Source: Brotaphodocola sp. | Lineage (GTDB): Bacteria; Bacillota; Clostridia; Lachnospirales; Lachnospiraceae | Length of the DNA stretch: 64,000 nucleotides | Direction of reading: 5' to 3' | Assembly: GCF_050873065.1 (NCBI RefSeq) | Contig: NZ_JBNMIC010000005.1 | Location: 18,276-82,275 of the forward strand | In this document: piece after piece, positions 39,939-52,373 of the stretch | How the letters are laid out: the number at the start of each line of letters is the position of its first letter | Position numbering within the stretch: the first letter of the stretch is position 1 | The notes under the pieces: model-generated | Seen by the model: the letters and a program-made list of their open reading frames with translations, nothing else | Told to the model about the DNA's origin: nothing | Databases searched by the model: none | Program-made: the position numbers and the translations under genes

Positions 39939-40574
39939 ATGAAGAAAGCTATCTTAGCTACCAAAGTCGGAATGACCCAGATCTTCAACGAAGACGGTGT
40001 ACTGGTTCCGGTAACGGTTCTTCAGGCTGGTCCGTGCGTAGTAACGCAGGTTAAGACCGAGGAGAACGATGGATACAAGGCCGTACAGGTTGGTTTTGTT
40101 GACAAGAGAGAGAAACTGGTTAGCAAACCGGTAAAGGGACACTTCGACAAGGCTGGTGTTTCTTATAAGAGATTTATCAGAGAGTTCCGTTTTGAGAACG
40201 CAGAAGATTACTCCGTAAAGGACGAGATCAAGGCTGACATCTTCGCTGCTGGCGATAAGATCGATGCAACTGCTGTTTCTAAGGGAAAAGGTTTCCAGGG
40301 CGCAATCAAGAGATTTGGCCAGCACAGAGGACCGATGGCTCATGGTTCTAAGTTCCATCGTCATCAGGGTTCCAACGGTGCATGTTCCGATCCGAGCAAG
40401 GTATTCAAGGGTAAAGGAATGCCGGGTCACATGGGCAGCAAGCAGGTTACCGTTCAGAATCTTCAGGTTGTCAGAGTTGACGCTGAGAATAATCTGATCC
40501 TGGTTAAGGGCGCTGTTCCGGGACCGAAGAAATCTTTAGTAACGCTGAAAGAAACAGTGAAGGCTGGCAAGTAA
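39939..40574 (+). CDS. rplC: 50S ribosomal protein L3
   Basis: [21 protein letters not shown]. Confidence 0.99.
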   Translation: MKKAILATKVGMTQIFNEDGVLVPVTVLQAGPCVVTQVKTEENDGYKAVQVGFVDKREKLVSKPVKGHFDKAGVSYKRFIREFRFENAEDYSVKDEIKADIFAAGDKIDATAVSKGKGFQGAIKRFGQHRGPMAHGSKFHRHQGSNGACSDPSKVFKGKGMPGHMGSKQVTVQNLQVVRVDAENNLILVKGAVPGPKKSLVTLKETVKAGK

Positions 40575-40602
40575 GCCTTGACGAGAAAGGAGGAACACAC
40601 AG

Positions 40603-41223
40603 ATGGCAAACGTATCTGTTTACAATATGGAAGGTAATGAAGTCGGCAAGATCGACTTAAACGATGCGGTGTTTGGTGTTGAAGTAAATGAGCACCTGGT
40701 ACACCTTGCAGTAGTTGCTCAGCTTGCAAACAAGCGTCAGGGCACTCAGAAGGCAAAGACCCGCTCTGAGGTATCTGGAGGCGGAAGAAAGCCGTGGAGA
40801 CAGAAGGGAACCGGTCATGCAAGACAGGGTTCAACCAGATCTCCGCAGTGGAAGGGCGGCGGTACCGTATTTGCTCCGGTTCCGAGAGACTACACCATCA
40901 CCCTGAACAAGAAGGAGAAGAGAGCAGCTCTGAAGTCTGCACTGACCACCCGCGTTCAGGAGAACAAGTTCATCGTTGTTGATGAGCTGAAGCTTGATGA
41001 GATCAAGACCAAGAAGTTCCAGACCGTTCTGAACAACCTGAAGGTTTCCAAGGCTCTGGTTGTTATCGGCGAGGACAGCGAGAACGTAGTTAAGTCCGCT
41101 AAGAATATCCCGTCTGTAAAGACTGCTTATGTTAATACGATCAACGTATATGACATTCTGAAGTACAACACAGTAGTAGCTACCAAGACTGCTGTCGCAA
41201 ACATCGAGGAGGTGTACGCATAA
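40603..41223 (+). CDS. rplD: 50S ribosomal protein L4
   Basis: [33 protein letters not shown]. Confidence 0.99.
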   Translation: MANVSVYNMEGNEVGKIDLNDAVFGVEVNEHLVHLAVVAQLANKRQGTQKAKTRSEVSGGGRKPWRQKGTGHARQGSTRSPQWKGGGTVFAPVPRDYTITLNKKEKRAALKSALTTRVQENKFIVVDELKLDEIKTKKFQTVLNNLKVSKALVVIGEDSENVVKSAKNIPSVKTAYVNTINVYDILKYNTVVATKTAVANIEEVYA

Positions 41224-41522
41224 TGGCAAACGTTCAGTATTTTGATGTCATTCTCAAGCCGGTTATCACCGAGAAGAGCATGAACGCAATGGCTACGAAG
41301 AAATATACTTTCCTGGTACACACCGATGCTAACAAGGCTATGATCAAGGATGCCGTTGAGAAGATGTTCCCGGGCACCAAGGTTAAGAGTGTAAATACCA
41401 TGAACAGCGAAGGCAAGAACAAGAGAAGAGGAATGACCTTCGGTAAGACCGCAGCAACCAAGAAGGCTATCGTTCAGCTGACTGAGGATAGCAAGGAGAT
41501 CGAGGTATTCGCTGGTCTGTAA
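41223..41522 (+). CDS. rplW: 50S ribosomal protein L23
   Basis: PVITEKS, KKAIVQL. Confidence 0.98.
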   Translation: MANVQYFDVILKPVITEKSMNAMATKKYTFLVHTDANKAMIKDAVEKMFPGTKVKSVNTMNSEGKNKRRGMTFGKTAATKKAIVQLTEDSKEIEVFAGL

Positions 41523-41716
41523 GGCATTGAACACTTAATAAGCAGAAAATGCGAGTTAAGTAAGAAAGCCTGGAAATTCATCGCTCAGCCAATCGGCTTT
41601 GCGATGAAATTATGTAAGATATACGGCGTAGTGATGATTTCGAGACTATACTGTGCCGTGATAAGGAAACACGCGGAACTGTTGCGAAGCGTGTGAAAGT
41701 TTGAAAGGAGAACGTC

Positions 41717-42562
41717 ATGGGAATTAAAACATACCGCCCATATACACCGTCCAGAAGACATATGACCGGTTCTGACTTCGCTGAGATCACGAAGACCACT
41801 CCGGAGAAGTCTCTGGTTACTTCTTTAAAGAAGAATGCAGGACGTAACAATCAGGGTAAGATCACTGTGAGACATCGTGGAGGTGGCTCCAGAAGAAAAT
41901 ATAGAATCATCGATTTCAAGAGAAACAGCAAAGACGGTATTCCGGCAACTGTAATCGGTATCGAGTACGATCCGAACAGAACCGCTAACATCGCACTGAT
42001 CTGCTATGCAGACGGAACCAAGTCCTATATCCTTGCTCCGGCTGGTCTGACCGATGGAATGAAGGTTATGAGTGGCGCTGAGGCTGAGGCTAAGGTAGGT
42101 AACTGCTTACCGCTGTCCAGCATCCCGGTTGGTACTCAGATCCACAACATCGAGCTGTACCCGGGTAAGGGCGGTCAGCTGGTTCGTTCCGCTGGTAACG
42201 CAGCACAGCTGATGGCTAAGGAAGGTAAGTACGCTACTCTGAGACTTCCGTCCGGTGAGATGAGAATGGTTCCGATCGCATGCCGCGCAACTATCGGTGT
42301 TGTAGGTAACGGCGAGCACAACCTGGTTAATATCGGTAAGGCTGGAAGAAAACGCCATATGGGAATTCGTCCTACCGTTCGCGGTTCCGTTATGAACCCG
42401 AATGACCATCCGCATGGTGGTGGTGAAGGTAAGACTGGTATCGGCCGTCCGGGTCCGTGCACTCCTTGGGGCAAGCCTGCTCTGGGACTGAAGACCCGCA
42501 AGAAGAACAAGCAGTCTAACAAGCTGATTGTAAGAAGACGTAACGGCAAGACCATTAAATAA
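41717..42562 (+). CDS. rplB: 50S ribosomal protein L2
   Basis: [25 protein letters not shown]. Confidence 0.99.
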   Translation: MGIKTYRPYTPSRRHMTGSDFAEITKTTPEKSLVTSLKKNAGRNNQGKITVRHRGGGSRRKYRIIDFKRNSKDGIPATVIGIEYDPNRTANIALICYADGTKSYILAPAGLTDGMKVMSGAEAEAKVGNCLPLSSIPVGTQIHNIELYPGKGGQLVRSAGNAAQLMAKEGKYATLRLPSGEMRMVPIACRATIGVVGNGEHNLVNIGKAGRKRHMGIRPTVRGSVMNPNDHPHGGGEGKTGIGRPGPCTPWGKPALGLKTRKKNKQSNKLIVRRRNGKTIK

Positions 42563-42581
42563 TTGAAGGAGGAAGACACCT

Positions 42582-42860
42582 ATGGCACGTTCATTAAAAA
42601 AAGGACCATTTGCTGACGCGCACCTGCTGAAAAAGGTTGACGCGCAGAACGCATCGGGACAGAAGCAGGTTATCAAGACCTGGTCTCGTCGTTCTACTAT
42701 CTTCCCGCAGATGGTTGGACATACAATTGCAGTTCATGACGGTAGAAAGCATGTTCCGGTATATGTTACCGAGGATATGGTAGGCCACAAGCTCGGTGAG
42801 TTCGTAGCTACCAGAACCTACAGAGGACATGGTAAAGACGAGAAGAAGACCAAACGTTAA
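42582..42860 (+). CDS. rpsS: 30S ribosomal protein S19
   Basis: [22 protein letters not shown]. Confidence 0.99.
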   Translation: MARSLKKGPFADAHLLKKVDAQNASGQKQVIKTWSRRSTIFPQMVGHTIAVHDGRKHVPVYVTEDMVGHKLGEFVATRTYRGHGKDEKKTKR

Positions 42861-42890
42861 TCGGCATGAGCGAAAGGAGGTAATTTAGCA

Positions 42891-43277
42891 ATGGCTAAAG
42901 GACATAGAAGTCAGATTAAGAGAGAAAGAAATGCCCAGAAGGATACCAGACCAAGCGCAAAGCTGTCTTACGCTCGTGTATCCGTTCAGAAGGCTTGCTT
43001 CGTATTAGATGCCATCAGAGGCAAAGATGTGCAGACCGCACTTGGTATTGTAACTTATAATCCCAGATATGCTTCTTCCCTGATTCGGAAGCTGCTTGAG
43101 TCTGCTGTTGCAAATGCAGTAAACAACAACAACATGGACCCGGCTAAGCTTTACGTAGAAGAATGCTATGCAAACAACGGCCCGATCATGAAGAGAGTAC
43201 ACCCGAGAGCACAGGGACGTGCTTACAGAATCGAGAAGAGAATGAGCCACATCACCGTTGTTCTGAATGAGAGATAA
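42891..43277 (+). CDS. rplV: 50S ribosomal protein L22
   Basis: KLLESAVANA, PRAQGRA, SHITVV. Confidence 0.98.
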   Translation: MAKGHRSQIKRERNAQKDTRPSAKLSYARVSVQKACFVLDAIRGKDVQTALGIVTYNPRYASSLIRKLLESAVANAVNNNNMDPAKLYVEECYANNGPIMKRVHPRAQGRAYRIEKRMSHITVVLNER

Positions 43278-43290
43278 ATAGGAGGCAATT

Positions 43291-43947
43291 ATGGGACAGA
43301 AAGTTAATCCGCACGGCATCAGAGTCGGCGTTATTAAAGACTGGGATTCCAAGTGGTATGCAGAAGGCAACTTCGCAGACAACCTGGTAGAAGATTACAA
43401 CATCCGTACCTTCCTCAAGAAGAAGCTGTACAGCGCTGGCATCTCTAAGATCGAGATCGAGCGTGCTTCTGACAGAGTTAAGATCATCGTTTTCACCGCA
43501 AAGCCGGGCGTAGTTATCGGTAAGGGTGGTTCTGAGATCGAGAAGCTGAAAGCTGAAGTTCAGAAGATGACCGACAAGAAGGTATTCATCGATATCAAAG
43601 AGATCAAGAGACCGGACCGTGACGCTCAGCTCGTTGCTGAGAACATCGCACAGCAGCTGGAGAACCGTGTGTCCTTCCGTCGTGCAATGAAGTCCACCAT
43701 GGGCCGTTCCATGAAGACCGGCATCAAGGGAATCAAGACCGCTGTTGGCGGACGTCTTGGCGGTGCGGATATCGCACGTACCGAGTTCTACAGCGAGGGA
43801 ACTATTCCGCTGCAGACCCTGAGAGCTGATATTGACTATGGTTTCGCTGAGGCAGATACCACCTACGGCAAGCTTGGCGTTAAGGTATGGATCTACAAAG
43901 GCGAGGTACTTCCGACTAGAGGAAAAAAGGAAGGGAGCGATAAATAA
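43291..43947 (+). CDS. rpsC: 30S ribosomal protein S3
   Basis: [20 protein letters not shown]. Confidence 0.99.
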   Translation: MGQKVNPHGIRVGVIKDWDSKWYAEGNFADNLVEDYNIRTFLKKKLYSAGISKIEIERASDRVKIIVFTAKPGVVIGKGGSEIEKLKAEVQKMTDKKVFIDIKEIKRPDRDAQLVAENIAQQLENRVSFRRAMKSTMGRSMKTGIKGIKTAVGGRLGGADIARTEFYSEGTIPLQTLRADIDYGFAEADTTYGKLGVKVWIYKGEVLPTRGKKEGSDK

Positions 43948-44384
43948 TGTTAATGCCGAAGAGAGTAAAGCGCCGCAAACAGTTCCGTGGAACTATGGCT
44001 GGCAAGGCTTTAAGAGGAAATAAGATTAACTATGGTGAGTTCGGTCTGGTAGCAACTGAGCCGTGCTGGATCAAGTCCAATCAGATCGAGGCAGCTCGTG
44101 TAGCTATGACCCGTTACATTAAGCGTGGTGGTAAAGTCTGGATCAAGATTTTCCCGGATAAGCCAGTAACCGCAAAGCCGGCTGAGACCCGAATGGGTTC
44201 CGGTAAGGGCGCAGTAGAGTACTGGGTAGCAGTTGTTAAGCCAGGTCGCGTACTGTTCGAGATCTCTGGCGTTTCTGAGGAGACTGCTCGTGAGGCTCTG
44301 CGTCTTGCCATGCACAAGTTACCCTGCAAATGTAAGATTGCTTCCAAAGCAGAGTTAGAAGGCGGTGATAACAGTGAAAACTAA
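43947..44384 (+). CDS. rplP: 50S ribosomal protein L16
   Basis: [15 protein letters not shown]. Confidence 0.99.
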   Translation: MLMPKRVKRRKQFRGTMAGKALRGNKINYGEFGLVATEPCWIKSNQIEAARVAMTRYIKRGGKVWIKIFPDKPVTAKPAETRMGSGKGAVEYWVAVVKPGRVLFEISGVSEETAREALRLAMHKLPCKCKIASKAELEGGDNSEN

Positions 44385-44580
44385 TAAGTTCGTAGAAAGT
44401 TTACAGGCGAAGTCTGCTGCTGAGCTGAACGAGGAGTTAGTAGCAGCAAAGAAGGAACTCTTTAACCTGAGATTCCAGAATGCAACCAATCAGTTGGACA
44501 ATACCAGCCGGATCAAAGAGGTTCGCAAGAACATTGCCCGGATTCAGACTGTTATTACTGAGAAGTCCAAGCTGGCATAA
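44374..44580 (+). CDS. rpmC: 50S ribosomal protein L29
   Basis: GTG start at 44374; [16 protein letters not shown]. Confidence 0.97.
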   Translation: MKTNKFVESLQAKSAAELNEELVAAKKELFNLRFQNATNQLDNTSRIKEVRKNIARIQTVITEKSKLA

Positions 44581-44589
44581 GGAGGAAAA

Positions 44590-44850
44590 ATGACCGTGGA
44601 AAGAAATTTAAGAAAAACCCGCGTTGGTAAGGTCGTAAGCGATAAGATGGACAAGACCATCGTAGTTGCTATTGAGGACCACGTTAAGCATCCCTTATAC
44701 GGCAAGATCGTGAAGAAGACCGTTAAGCTGAAAGCGCATGACGAGAACAACGAGTGCGGCAAGGGCGATACCGTTAAAGTTATGGAAACCAGACCGCTGT
44801 CCAAGGACAAGAGATGGAGACTGGTTGAGATTATCGAGAAGGCGAAGTAA
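44590..44850 (+). CDS. rpsQ: 30S ribosomal protein S17
   Basis: [16 protein letters not shown]. Confidence 0.99.
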   Translation: MTVERNLRKTRVGKVVSDKMDKTIVVAIEDHVKHPLYGKIVKKTVKLKAHDENNECGKGDTVKVMETRPLSKDKRWRLVEIIEKAK

Positions 44851-44870
44851 AGCAGGAAGGAGTATCAGGC

Positions 44871-45239
44871 ATGGTTCAGCAGGAAACAAGACTGAAGGTT
44901 GCTGATAACACCGGAGCAAAAGAGTTACTGTGCATTCGTGTTATGGGCGGATCTACCAGAAGATATGCTAATATTGGCGATGTCATCGTCGCTTCCGTTA
45001 AAGATGCAACACCAGGCGGCGTTGTAAAGAAGGGCGATGTTGTTAAGGCCGTTGTTGTACGTACCGTTAAGGGCGCACGTCGTAAAGACGGTTCCTATAT
45101 CAAGTTCGATGAGAACGCAGCAGTAATTATTAAGGATGACAAGACCCCAAGAGGAACCCGTATTTTTGGGCCGGTTGCAAGAGAACTTCGTGAGAAGCAG
45201 TTCATGAAGATCGTTTCTCTGGCTCCGGAAGTACTGTAA
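44871..45239 (+). CDS. rplN: 50S ribosomal protein L14
   Basis: [22 protein letters not shown]. Confidence 0.99.
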   Translation: MVQQETRLKVADNTGAKELLCIRVMGGSTRRYANIGDVIVASVKDATPGGVVKKGDVVKAVVVRTVKGARRKDGSYIKFDENAAVIIKDDKTPRGTRIFGPVARELREKQFMKIVSLAPEVL

Positions 45240-45252
45240 GGAGGTGTCCACT

Positions 45253-45552
45253 GTGCAGAAGATCAAGAAAGACGACCTGGTAAAGGTTATCACGGGAAAA
45301 GATAAAGACAAGACCGGTAAAGTTCTTCAGGTTAAGGACGGTAAGGTTGTTGTTGAAGGATGTAATATGGTTACCAAGCACACGAAGCCGAATGCAGGAA
45401 ATCCGCAGGGCGGCATCGTAAAGCACGAGGCTGCAATCGACGCTTCCAACGTAATGCTGGTAGTTGATGGCAAGGCAACCAGAGTTGGTTTTGAGATGAA
45501 GGACGGCAAGAAAGTCCGCGTCGCAAAGGCAACCGGTAAAGTAATCGACTAA
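45253..45552 (+). CDS. rplX: 50S ribosomal protein L24
   Basis: GTG at 45253 is 8 nt after GGAGG; KOW motif VITGKDK; SNVM. Confidence 0.97.
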   Translation: MQKIKKDDLVKVITGKDKDKTGKVLQVKDGKVVVEGCNMVTKHTKPNAGNPQGGIVKHEAAIDASNVMLVVDGKATRVGFEMKDGKKVRVAKATGKVID

Positions 45553-45574
45553 TTGCAGAGAGGAGGAACGAGAG

Positions 45575-46114
45575 TTGGCAAGATTAAAAGAACAGTATCA
45601 GAACGAGATCGTTGACGCTCTGATCAAAAAATTTGGATACAAGAACATCATGGAAGTCCCGAAGCTTGATAAGATCGTTATCAACATGGGCGTTGGTGAA
45701 GCAAAAGAGAATGCCAAGGTTCTGGATTCTGCAGTAAGAGACTTAGAGCTGATTACTGGCCAGAAGGCAGTTACCACCAAGGCAAAGAAGTCTGTCGCAA
45801 ACTTCAAGATCAGAGAGGGTATGCCGATCGGATGTAAGGTTACCCTGCGTGGCGAGAAGATGTATGAGTTCGCTGATCGTCTGATCAACCTGGCTCTGCC
45901 GCGTGTACGTGACTTCCGCGGTGTGAACCCGAACGCTTTCGATGGCAGAGGAAACTACGCTCTGGGCATCAAAGAGCAGCTGATCTTCCCTGAGATTGAA
46001 TACGATAAAGTTGACAAGGTAAGAGGTATGGATATCATCTTCGTTACCACTGCCAAGACCGATGAGGAAGCTCGTGAACTTTTGACATTATTCAATATGC
46101 CGTTTGCAAAATAA
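45575..46114 (+). CDS. rplE: 50S ribosomal protein L5
   Basis: TTG start; [18 protein letters not shown]. Confidence 0.99.
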   Translation: MARLKEQYQNEIVDALIKKFGYKNIMEVPKLDKIVINMGVGEAKENAKVLDSAVRDLELITGQKAVTTKAKKSVANFKIREGMPIGCKVTLRGEKMYEFADRLINLALPRVRDFRGVNPNAFDGRGNYALGIKEQLIFPEIEYDKVDKVRGMDIIFVTTAKTDEEARELLTLFNMPFAK

Positions 46115-46129
46115 TAGGAGGAAAGATCC

Positions 46130-46315
46130 ATGGCTAAGACTTCAATGAAGATCAAGCAGCAGCGTCCTGCAAAGTTCTCCACCAGAGAGTACAACCGTTG
46201 CAGAATCTGCGGACGTCCGCATGCTTATTTAAGAAAATATGGCATCTGCCGTATCTGCTTTAGAGAACTGGCATACAAGGGCCAGATCCCGGGCGTAAAG
46301 AAGGCAAGCTGGTAG
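46130..46315 (+). CDS. rpsN: 30S ribosomal protein S14, type Z (zinc-binding)
   Basis: CRIC...CRIC; 61 aa. Confidence 0.98.
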   Translation: MAKTSMKIKQQRPAKFSTREYNRCRICGRPHAYLRKYGICRICFRELAYKGQIPGVKKASW

Positions 46316-46443
46316 GCTGAAGGCCCATCGCGAAACTTAGTGAATCCAAGCCGTCACGGCGACGGATGAACTTAACAGAGCGATTGCTGAAAGCCCATCC
46401 CGAAACTTAGCGAATCCGAGCCGTCACGGCGACGGATGAGCTT
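46316..46443. repeat. Tandem duplication, 70-bp period, two units
   Basis: Units start at 46316 and 46386; each contains the ccgtc-acggc-gacgg hairpin. Confidence 0.85.
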
Positions 46444-46508
46444 GGTTGACTGGGATGTAGGTCCAGACAAGGAAACCAATCAGTATATACAAGGAGGAAT
46501 TATCTACC

Positions 46509-46910
46509 ATGACTATGAGCGATCCGATTGCAGATATGCTTACCAGAATCCGTAACGCAAACACTGCAAAACATGATACCGTAGATGTTCCCTCTTCCAA
46601 GATGAAGCTGGCTATCGCTGACATCCTGGTTAAAGAGGGTTATGTTCAGAAGTACGACATCGTAGAGGACGGCGCATTCAAGACCATCCGCATCACCCTG
46701 AAGTACGGTGCTGACAAGAATCAGAAGATCATTACCGGAATTAAGAGAATTTCTAAGCCGGGTCTGCGTGTTTACGCAAACAAAGAGGATCTGCCGAAGG
46801 TTCTCGGCGGTCTTGGTACCGCAATCATTTCTACAAACCAGGGCGTAGTTACCGATAAGGAAGCTCGTCGTTTAGGTGTAGGTGGCGAGGTTCTGGCATT
46901 CGTTTGGTAA
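46509..46910 (+). CDS. rpsH: 30S ribosomal protein S8
   Basis: [21 protein letters not shown]. Confidence 0.99.
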   Translation: MTMSDPIADMLTRIRNANTAKHDTVDVPSSKMKLAIADILVKEGYVQKYDIVEDGAFKTIRITLKYGADKNQKIITGIKRISKPGLRVYANKEDLPKVLGGLGTAIISTNQGVVTDKEARRLGVGGEVLAFVW

Positions 46911-47051
46911 TTTCAGCTCAGACTGGGATTTCCGCGAAGACCGCTGGTATTTCGCATCCGTTTTCTGAGTGGGGAAGCGGATTTAAGATGTAACTGAAAA
47001 CAGAAGACGCGAAAAAGCGTTTTCCGAAAATTTAAGTAGGAGGTAAGTGGC

Positions 47052-47594
47052 ATGTCACGTATCGGAAGAATGCCTATCGCGATCCCGGCAGGTGTAACTG
47101 TTACGATCGCTGAGAATAATAAAGTGACTGTAAAAGGTCCGAAGGGAACTCTTGAGAGAGAGCTTCCAGTAGAGATGGACATCAAAGAAGAGGATGGACA
47201 TATCGTAGTAACCAGACCGAACGATCTGAAGAAGATGAAGTCTCTTCATGGTCTGACCAGAACCCTGATCAACAACATGGTAGTTGGTGTTACTGCTGGT
47301 TATGAGAAGGTTCTTGAGGTTAACGGTGTAGGTTACAGAGCATCCAAGCAGGGTAAGAAATTAACTCTGAACCTTGGTTATTCTCATCCGGTAGAGATGG
47401 AGGACCCGGAGGGTCTTGAGACCGTTCTCGACGGACAGAATAAGATCACGGTTAAGGGTATCGATAAAGAGAAAGTTGGCCAGTACGCTGCAGAGATCCG
47501 TTCCAAGAGAGCTCCGGAGCCGTACAAGGGCAAGGGCATCAAGTATGCGGATGAGACGATCAGACGCAAAGTTGGTAAGACTGGTAAGAAATAA
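47052..47594 (+). CDS. rplF: 50S ribosomal protein L6
   Basis: [14 protein letters not shown]. Confidence 0.99.
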   Translation: MSRIGRMPIAIPAGVTVTIAENNKVTVKGPKGTLERELPVEMDIKEEDGHIVVTRPNDLKKMKSLHGLTRTLINNMVVGVTAGYEKVLEVNGVGYRASKQGKKLTLNLGYSHPVEMEDPEGLETVLDGQNKITVKGIDKEKVGQYAAEIRSKRAPEPYKGKGIKYADETIRRKVGKTGKK

Positions 47595-47611
47595 TTAAGG
47601 AGAGTACGAAG

Positions 47612-47980
47612 ATGGTTAGTAAGAAATCAAGAAGCGAAATCCGCGTTAAAAAGCATACCAGATTACGTAATCGCTTTGCAGGTACTGCAGAGAGACCGCG
47701 TCTGGCTGTGTTCAGAAGTAACAACCACATGTATGCTCAGATTATTGACGACTCAGTCGGCAATACTCTGGTTGCAGCATCCACCGCAGAGAAGGCAGCA
47801 AAAGCTGAGCTGGAGCACACCAATGATGTGGCTGCAGCATCCTATGTTGGAACTCTGATCGCTAAGAGAGCACTGGAAAAGGGAATCGAGGAAGTTGTAT
47901 TCGACAGAGGCGGTTTCATTTACCAGGGTAAGATTCAGGCACTTGCAGATGCAGCTCGTGAAGCTGGTCTGAAATTCTAG
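47612..47980 (+). CDS. rplR: 50S ribosomal protein L18
   Basis: [15 protein letters not shown]. Confidence 0.99.
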   Translation: MVSKKSRSEIRVKKHTRLRNRFAGTAERPRLAVFRSNNHMYAQIIDDSVGNTLVAASTAEKAAKAELEHTNDVAAASYVGTLIAKRALEKGIEEVVFDRGGFIYQGKIQALADAAREAGLKF

Positions 47981-47996
47981 TAGAGAGGAGAACGGC

Positions 47997-48506
47997 ATGA
48001 AGCGTACAATTATTGACCCGAATCAGTTCGAGTTAAATGACAATGTAGTAGCAATCAAGCGTGTATCTAAGACCGTTAAGGGCGGACGTACCATGAGATT
48101 CTCTGCTCTGGTAGTAGTAGGAGATGGCAATGGCCACGTAGGCGCAGGTCTGGGTAAGGCTGGCGAGGTTCCGGAAGCAATCCGCAAGGGTAAAGAGGCA
48201 GCTATGAAGAACCTGGTTGAGATCCCGGTTGATGAGAACAAGAGCATTCCTCATGATCATCTGGCAAAATTCGGTAGCTCCAGCGTACTGCTGAAGAAGG
48301 CTCCGGAAGGTACCGGTATCATCGCTGGTGGCCCGGCTCGTTCCGTACTGGAGCTGGCTGGTATCAAGAATATCCGTGCAAAGTCTCTGGGTTCTAACAA
48401 CAAGACCAACGTTGTTCTGGCAGTAATCAACGGCCTGACTCAGCTTAAGACTCCGGAGGAGTATGCAAAGCTTCGCGGCAAATCCGTAGAAGAGATTTTA
48501 GGCTAA
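47997..48506 (+). CDS. rpsE: 30S ribosomal protein S5
   Basis: [18 protein letters not shown]. Confidence 0.99.
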   Translation: MKRTIIDPNQFELNDNVVAIKRVSKTVKGGRTMRFSALVVVGDGNGHVGAGLGKAGEVPEAIRKGKEAAMKNLVEIPVDENKSIPHDHLAKFGSSSVLLKKAPEGTGIIAGGPARSVLELAGIKNIRAKSLGSNNKTNVVLAVINGLTQLKTPEEYAKLRGKSVEEILG

Positions 48507-48519
48507 GGAGGACAGTAAA

Positions 48520-48702
48520 ATGGCAGAGAAGTTAAAAGTTACGTTAGTCAAGTCCCCGATCGGTGCAATCCCGAAGCAGAAAGCTACCGTTGAGGCTCTT
48601 GGCCTGAAGAAGCTGAACAAGACTGTTGAGCTTCCGAACAATGACGCTGTTAGAGGCATGATCTGGCACGTTAAGCATTTAGTTAAAGTAGAAGAGATCT
48701 AA
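48520..48702 (+). CDS. rpmD: 50S ribosomal protein L30
   Basis: [12 protein letters not shown], position in operon. Confidence 0.97.
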   Translation: MAEKLKVTLVKSPIGAIPKQKATVEALGLKKLNKTVELPNNDAVRGMIWHVKHLVKVEEI

Positions 48703-48728
48703 TTACTGAAGTAAGGAGGTGTACTGCA

Positions 48729-49169
48729 ATGGATTTATCCAATTTACAGCCTGCTGTAGGTTCTAAGCACAGCGATAATTTCAGAAGAGGACGCGGTCAC
48801 GGTTCAGGCAACGGTAAGACTGCTGGTAAGGGCCATAAGGGTCAGAAGGCACGTTCTGGAGCACCGAGAATCGGTTTCGAGGGTGGTCAGATGCCGCTGT
48901 ACAGACGTCTTCCGAAGAGAGGATTTAAGAATCGCAACACGAAGACCATCGTTGGCATCAACGTAAGCGCTCTGGAGTGCTTCGAGAACGATGCAGTGGT
49001 TACCGTTGAGTCTTTACTGGAGACCGGAATCGTTAAGAATCCGAGAGATGGCGTTAAGATCCTTGGTAACGGTGAGTTAACCAAGAAGCTCAACGTTAAG
49101 GTTGATGCATTCAGCGAGAGTGCAAAGGCTAAGATCGAGGCATTAGGCGGAACCTGCGAGGTGATCTAA
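48729..49169 (+). CDS. rplO: 50S ribosomal protein L15
   Basis: [16 protein letters not shown]. Confidence 0.99.
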   Translation: MDLSNLQPAVGSKHSDNFRRGRGHGSGNGKTAGKGHKGQKARSGAPRIGFEGGQMPLYRRLPKRGFKNRNTKTIVGINVSALECFENDAVVTVESLLETGIVKNPRDGVKILGNGELTKKLNVKVDAFSESAKAKIEALGGTCEVI

Positions 49170-49170
49170 T

Positions 49171-50487
49171 ATGTTGAAAACGCTCCAAAATGCATGGAGA
49201 GTTGTGGAGATCAGAAAAAAACTGATCTTCACCTTCTTGATGCTGGTAGTGATCCGATTCGGTTCCGAACTGCCAATTCCAGGAGTGAGAACGGACTTTT
49301 TCGCGAATTTTTTCGCGAATCAGTCCAATGATGCTTTTGGTTTCTTCAACACAATGACAGGTGGTTCTTTTACCTCCATGTCTATTTTTGCGTTAAGCAT
49401 TACTCCCTACATCACATCATCCATTATCGTTCAGCTTCTGACGATTGCGATTCCGAAGCTGGAGGAGATGCAGCGTGAGGGAGAGGACGGAAGAAAAAAG
49501 ATCGCAGAGTACACCCGTTACCTGACTGTAGGTCTGGCTCTGGTTGAGTCCATTGCCATGGCTGTCGGTTTTGGCGGACAGGGACTGTTGATTAAGTTCG
49601 ATGTCTGGAGCGTGATTGTTGCAGTTGTCACGATGACTGCGGGAAGTGCGTTCTTGATGTGGATCGGTGAGCGAATCACGGATAAGGGCGTTGGCAACGG
49701 TATATCCATCGTTCTGCTTTTCAACATCATTTCCTCCCTTCCGGAGGATGTGAATACCATTTACACCAAGTTCCTGAGAGGGAAAAACATCGGTGTGCTT
49801 GTGACAACTCTTGTTATTATTCTGGCAGTTGTCATCGCAATGGTGGTATTTGTTGTTGTTCTGCAGGATGGCGAGCGCAGAATTCCGGTTCAGTATTCTA
49901 AGAAAATGGTAGGAAGAAAGATGGTTGGAGGTCAGGCTTCCAACATTCCGCTGAAGGTTAATACCGCAGGCGTTATGCCGGTCATCTTTGCTTCTTCCAT
50001 CATGTCGTTCCCGGTTGTGATTGCTCAGTTCTTCAAACCGGATTACACGACAATTCCGGGCAAGATTCTGATGGTTCTGAATTCCTCTTACTGGTTCAGA
50101 CCGGAGATGCCCAAATATTCCATCGGTCTGGTGATCTATCTGGTACTGATTGTGCTCTTCGCATATTTCTATACCTCCATCACCTTCAATCCGCTGGAAG
50201 TGGCGAACAATATGAAAAAATCCGGTGGATTTATTCCGGGAGTTCGTCCGGGTAAGCCGACTTCCGACTACCTGAACAAAATCCTGAATTATATCATCCT
50301 TGTCGGAGCTGCTGGTCTGATTGTGATCAGTGTGATTCCGATTATGATTTCCGGGCTGTTCTCTGTGAACAGAATGTCCTTTATGGGAACATCTCTGATC
50401 ATCATTGTCAGCGTTATTTTGGAAACCATCAAAGCGGTTCAGTCACAGTTGATTGTACGGAATTACAAGGGCTTTTTGAATGATTAA
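49171..50487 (+). CDS. secY: Preprotein translocase subunit SecY
   Basis: SIFALSITPYITSSII, GNGISI, IPGVRPG, GTSLII. Confidence 0.98.
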   Translation: MLKTLQNAWRVVEIRKKLIFTFLMLVVIRFGSELPIPGVRTDFFANFFANQSNDAFGFFNTMTGGSFTSMSIFALSITPYITSSIIVQLLTIAIPKLEEMQREGEDGRKKIAEYTRYLTVGLALVESIAMAVGFGGQGLLIKFDVWSVIVAVVTMTAGSAFLMWIGERITDKGVGNGISIVLLFNIISSLPEDVNTIYTKFLRGKNIGVLVTTLVIILAVVIAMVVFVVVLQDGERRIPVQYSKKMVGRKMVGGQASNIPLKVNTAGVMPVIFASSIMSFPVVIAQFFKPDYTTIPGKILMVLNSSYWFRPEMPKYSIGLVIYLVLIVLFAYFYTSITFNPLEVANNMKKSGGFIPGVRPGKPTSDYLNKILNYIILVGAAGLIVISVIPIMISGLFSVNRMSFMGTSLIIIVSVILETIKAVQSQLIVRNYKGFLND

Positions 50488-50619
50488 GCGTTCGTGAGAA
50501 GAGCTGCTGCGGATAGGCAGCAGCTCTTTTGTTTTATGGGAAATGGCATTTCAGAAGCATCTGTTGGGGAGTATTACCTCTGAGGGAATCTTCCCTCAAT
50601 ATTAGAAAATGGAGGATAA

Positions 50620-51270
<651 letters not shown>

Positions 51271-51273
51271 ATT

Positions 51274-52023
51274 ATGCCGGTGACCATAAAATCTGCGAGA
51301 GAAATTGAGCGAATGCGCGTGGCCGGAAAAATTCTGGCAAGCGTGCACGAGGAACTTGGAAAGGCTCTGAAGCCGGGAATGTCCACTCTGGACATCGACC
51401 GTCTGGGCGAGGAGCTGATCCGCAGCCATGGCTGTGTTCCTTCTTTTAAGAATTACAATGGTTATCCTGCTTCTATCTGTGTGTCGGTCAACGATGAGAT
51501 TGTTCACGGAATCCCAAACAGCCACCGGATCATCAAGGAGGGCGACATCGTCAGCCTCGATGCCGGTGTGATCTATGAGGGATATCACTCCGATGCGGCG
51601 AGAACGCATGCAGTCGGAGTGGTAGATCCGGCAGCACAGAAACTGATTGATGTGACCCGGGAATCCTTCTTTGAGGGAATCCGCTATGCCAAGGCAGGCA
51701 ATTACCTGAATGATATTTCGTCTGCAATCCAGGCGTATGCGGAGAGCTTCGGATACGGAGTTGTGCGGGATCTGGTAGGACACGGAATCGGAAGTCATCT
51801 TCACGAGGATCCGGAGGTGCCGAACTTCGCACGCAAGAAGAAAGGAATCCGCCTTCAGGCGGGAATGACACTGGCGGTAGAACCCATGATTAATGCGGGA
51901 ACCTGGCAGGTATCATGGATGAGCGACGGATGGACAGTTGTGACGAAAGATCACTCTCTGTCCGCACATTATGAAAACACGATTCTGATCACGGACGGTG
52001 AGCCGGAGATTCTCTCCCTGTAA
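51274..52023 (+). CDS. map: Methionine aminopeptidase type I
   Basis: HGIP, DAART, GHGIG, EPM, HYENT. Confidence 0.98.
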   Translation: MPVTIKSAREIERMRVAGKILASVHEELGKALKPGMSTLDIDRLGEELIRSHGCVPSFKNYNGYPASICVSVNDEIVHGIPNSHRIIKEGDIVSLDAGVIYEGYHSDAARTHAVGVVDPAAQKLIDVTRESFFEGIRYAKAGNYLNDISSAIQAYAESFGYGVVRDLVGHGIGSHLHEDPEVPNFARKKKGIRLQAGMTLAVEPMINAGTWQVSWMSDGWTVVTKDHSLSAHYENTILITDGEPEILSL

Positions 52024-52119
52024 GATCTCTGTACAGGAGAGCTTGAAAAGCTTGGCCGGAAGACAGAAAATGTTGGTAGAAACAGAACAGTCATTGAATA
52101 AATTAAGGAGGCAGAGCAC

Positions 52120-52338
52120 ATGTCTAAAGCAGATGTTATTGAGATTGAGGGTACGGTTGTTGAGAAGCTGCCGAATGCCATGTTTCAGGTAGAACTGGAG
52201 AATGGTCATCAGGTGCTGGCTCATATCAGCGGAAAGCTGAGAATGAACTACATTCGTATTCTTCCGGGCGATAAGGTAACGCTCGAGATGTCCCCGTATG
52301 ATCTGAGCAAGGGCCGTATCATTTGGAGAGACAAATAA
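52120..52338 (+). CDS. infA: Translation initiation factor IF-1
   Basis: [23 protein letters not shown]. Confidence 0.99.
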   Translation: MSKADVIEIEGTVVEKLPNAMFQVELENGHQVLAHISGKLRMNYIRILPGDKVTLEMSPYDLSKGRIIWRDK

Positions 52339-52373
52339 ATTGAAATTTTTTTAAAAAAGTTTCTAAAAACCAC

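Noticed and set aside
46316-46443. Possible mini-CRISPR array
   Set aside because: Only two units of about 58 nt with about 12 nt between them; wrong repeat and spacer sizes and no cas genes. Reported as a tandem duplication instead.
52024-52119. KOW/L14e-like gene often found between map and infA in Clostridia
   Set aside because: The spacer is only 96 bp, and the overlapping ORF 51998-52192 has no such motif; the gene is simply absent here.
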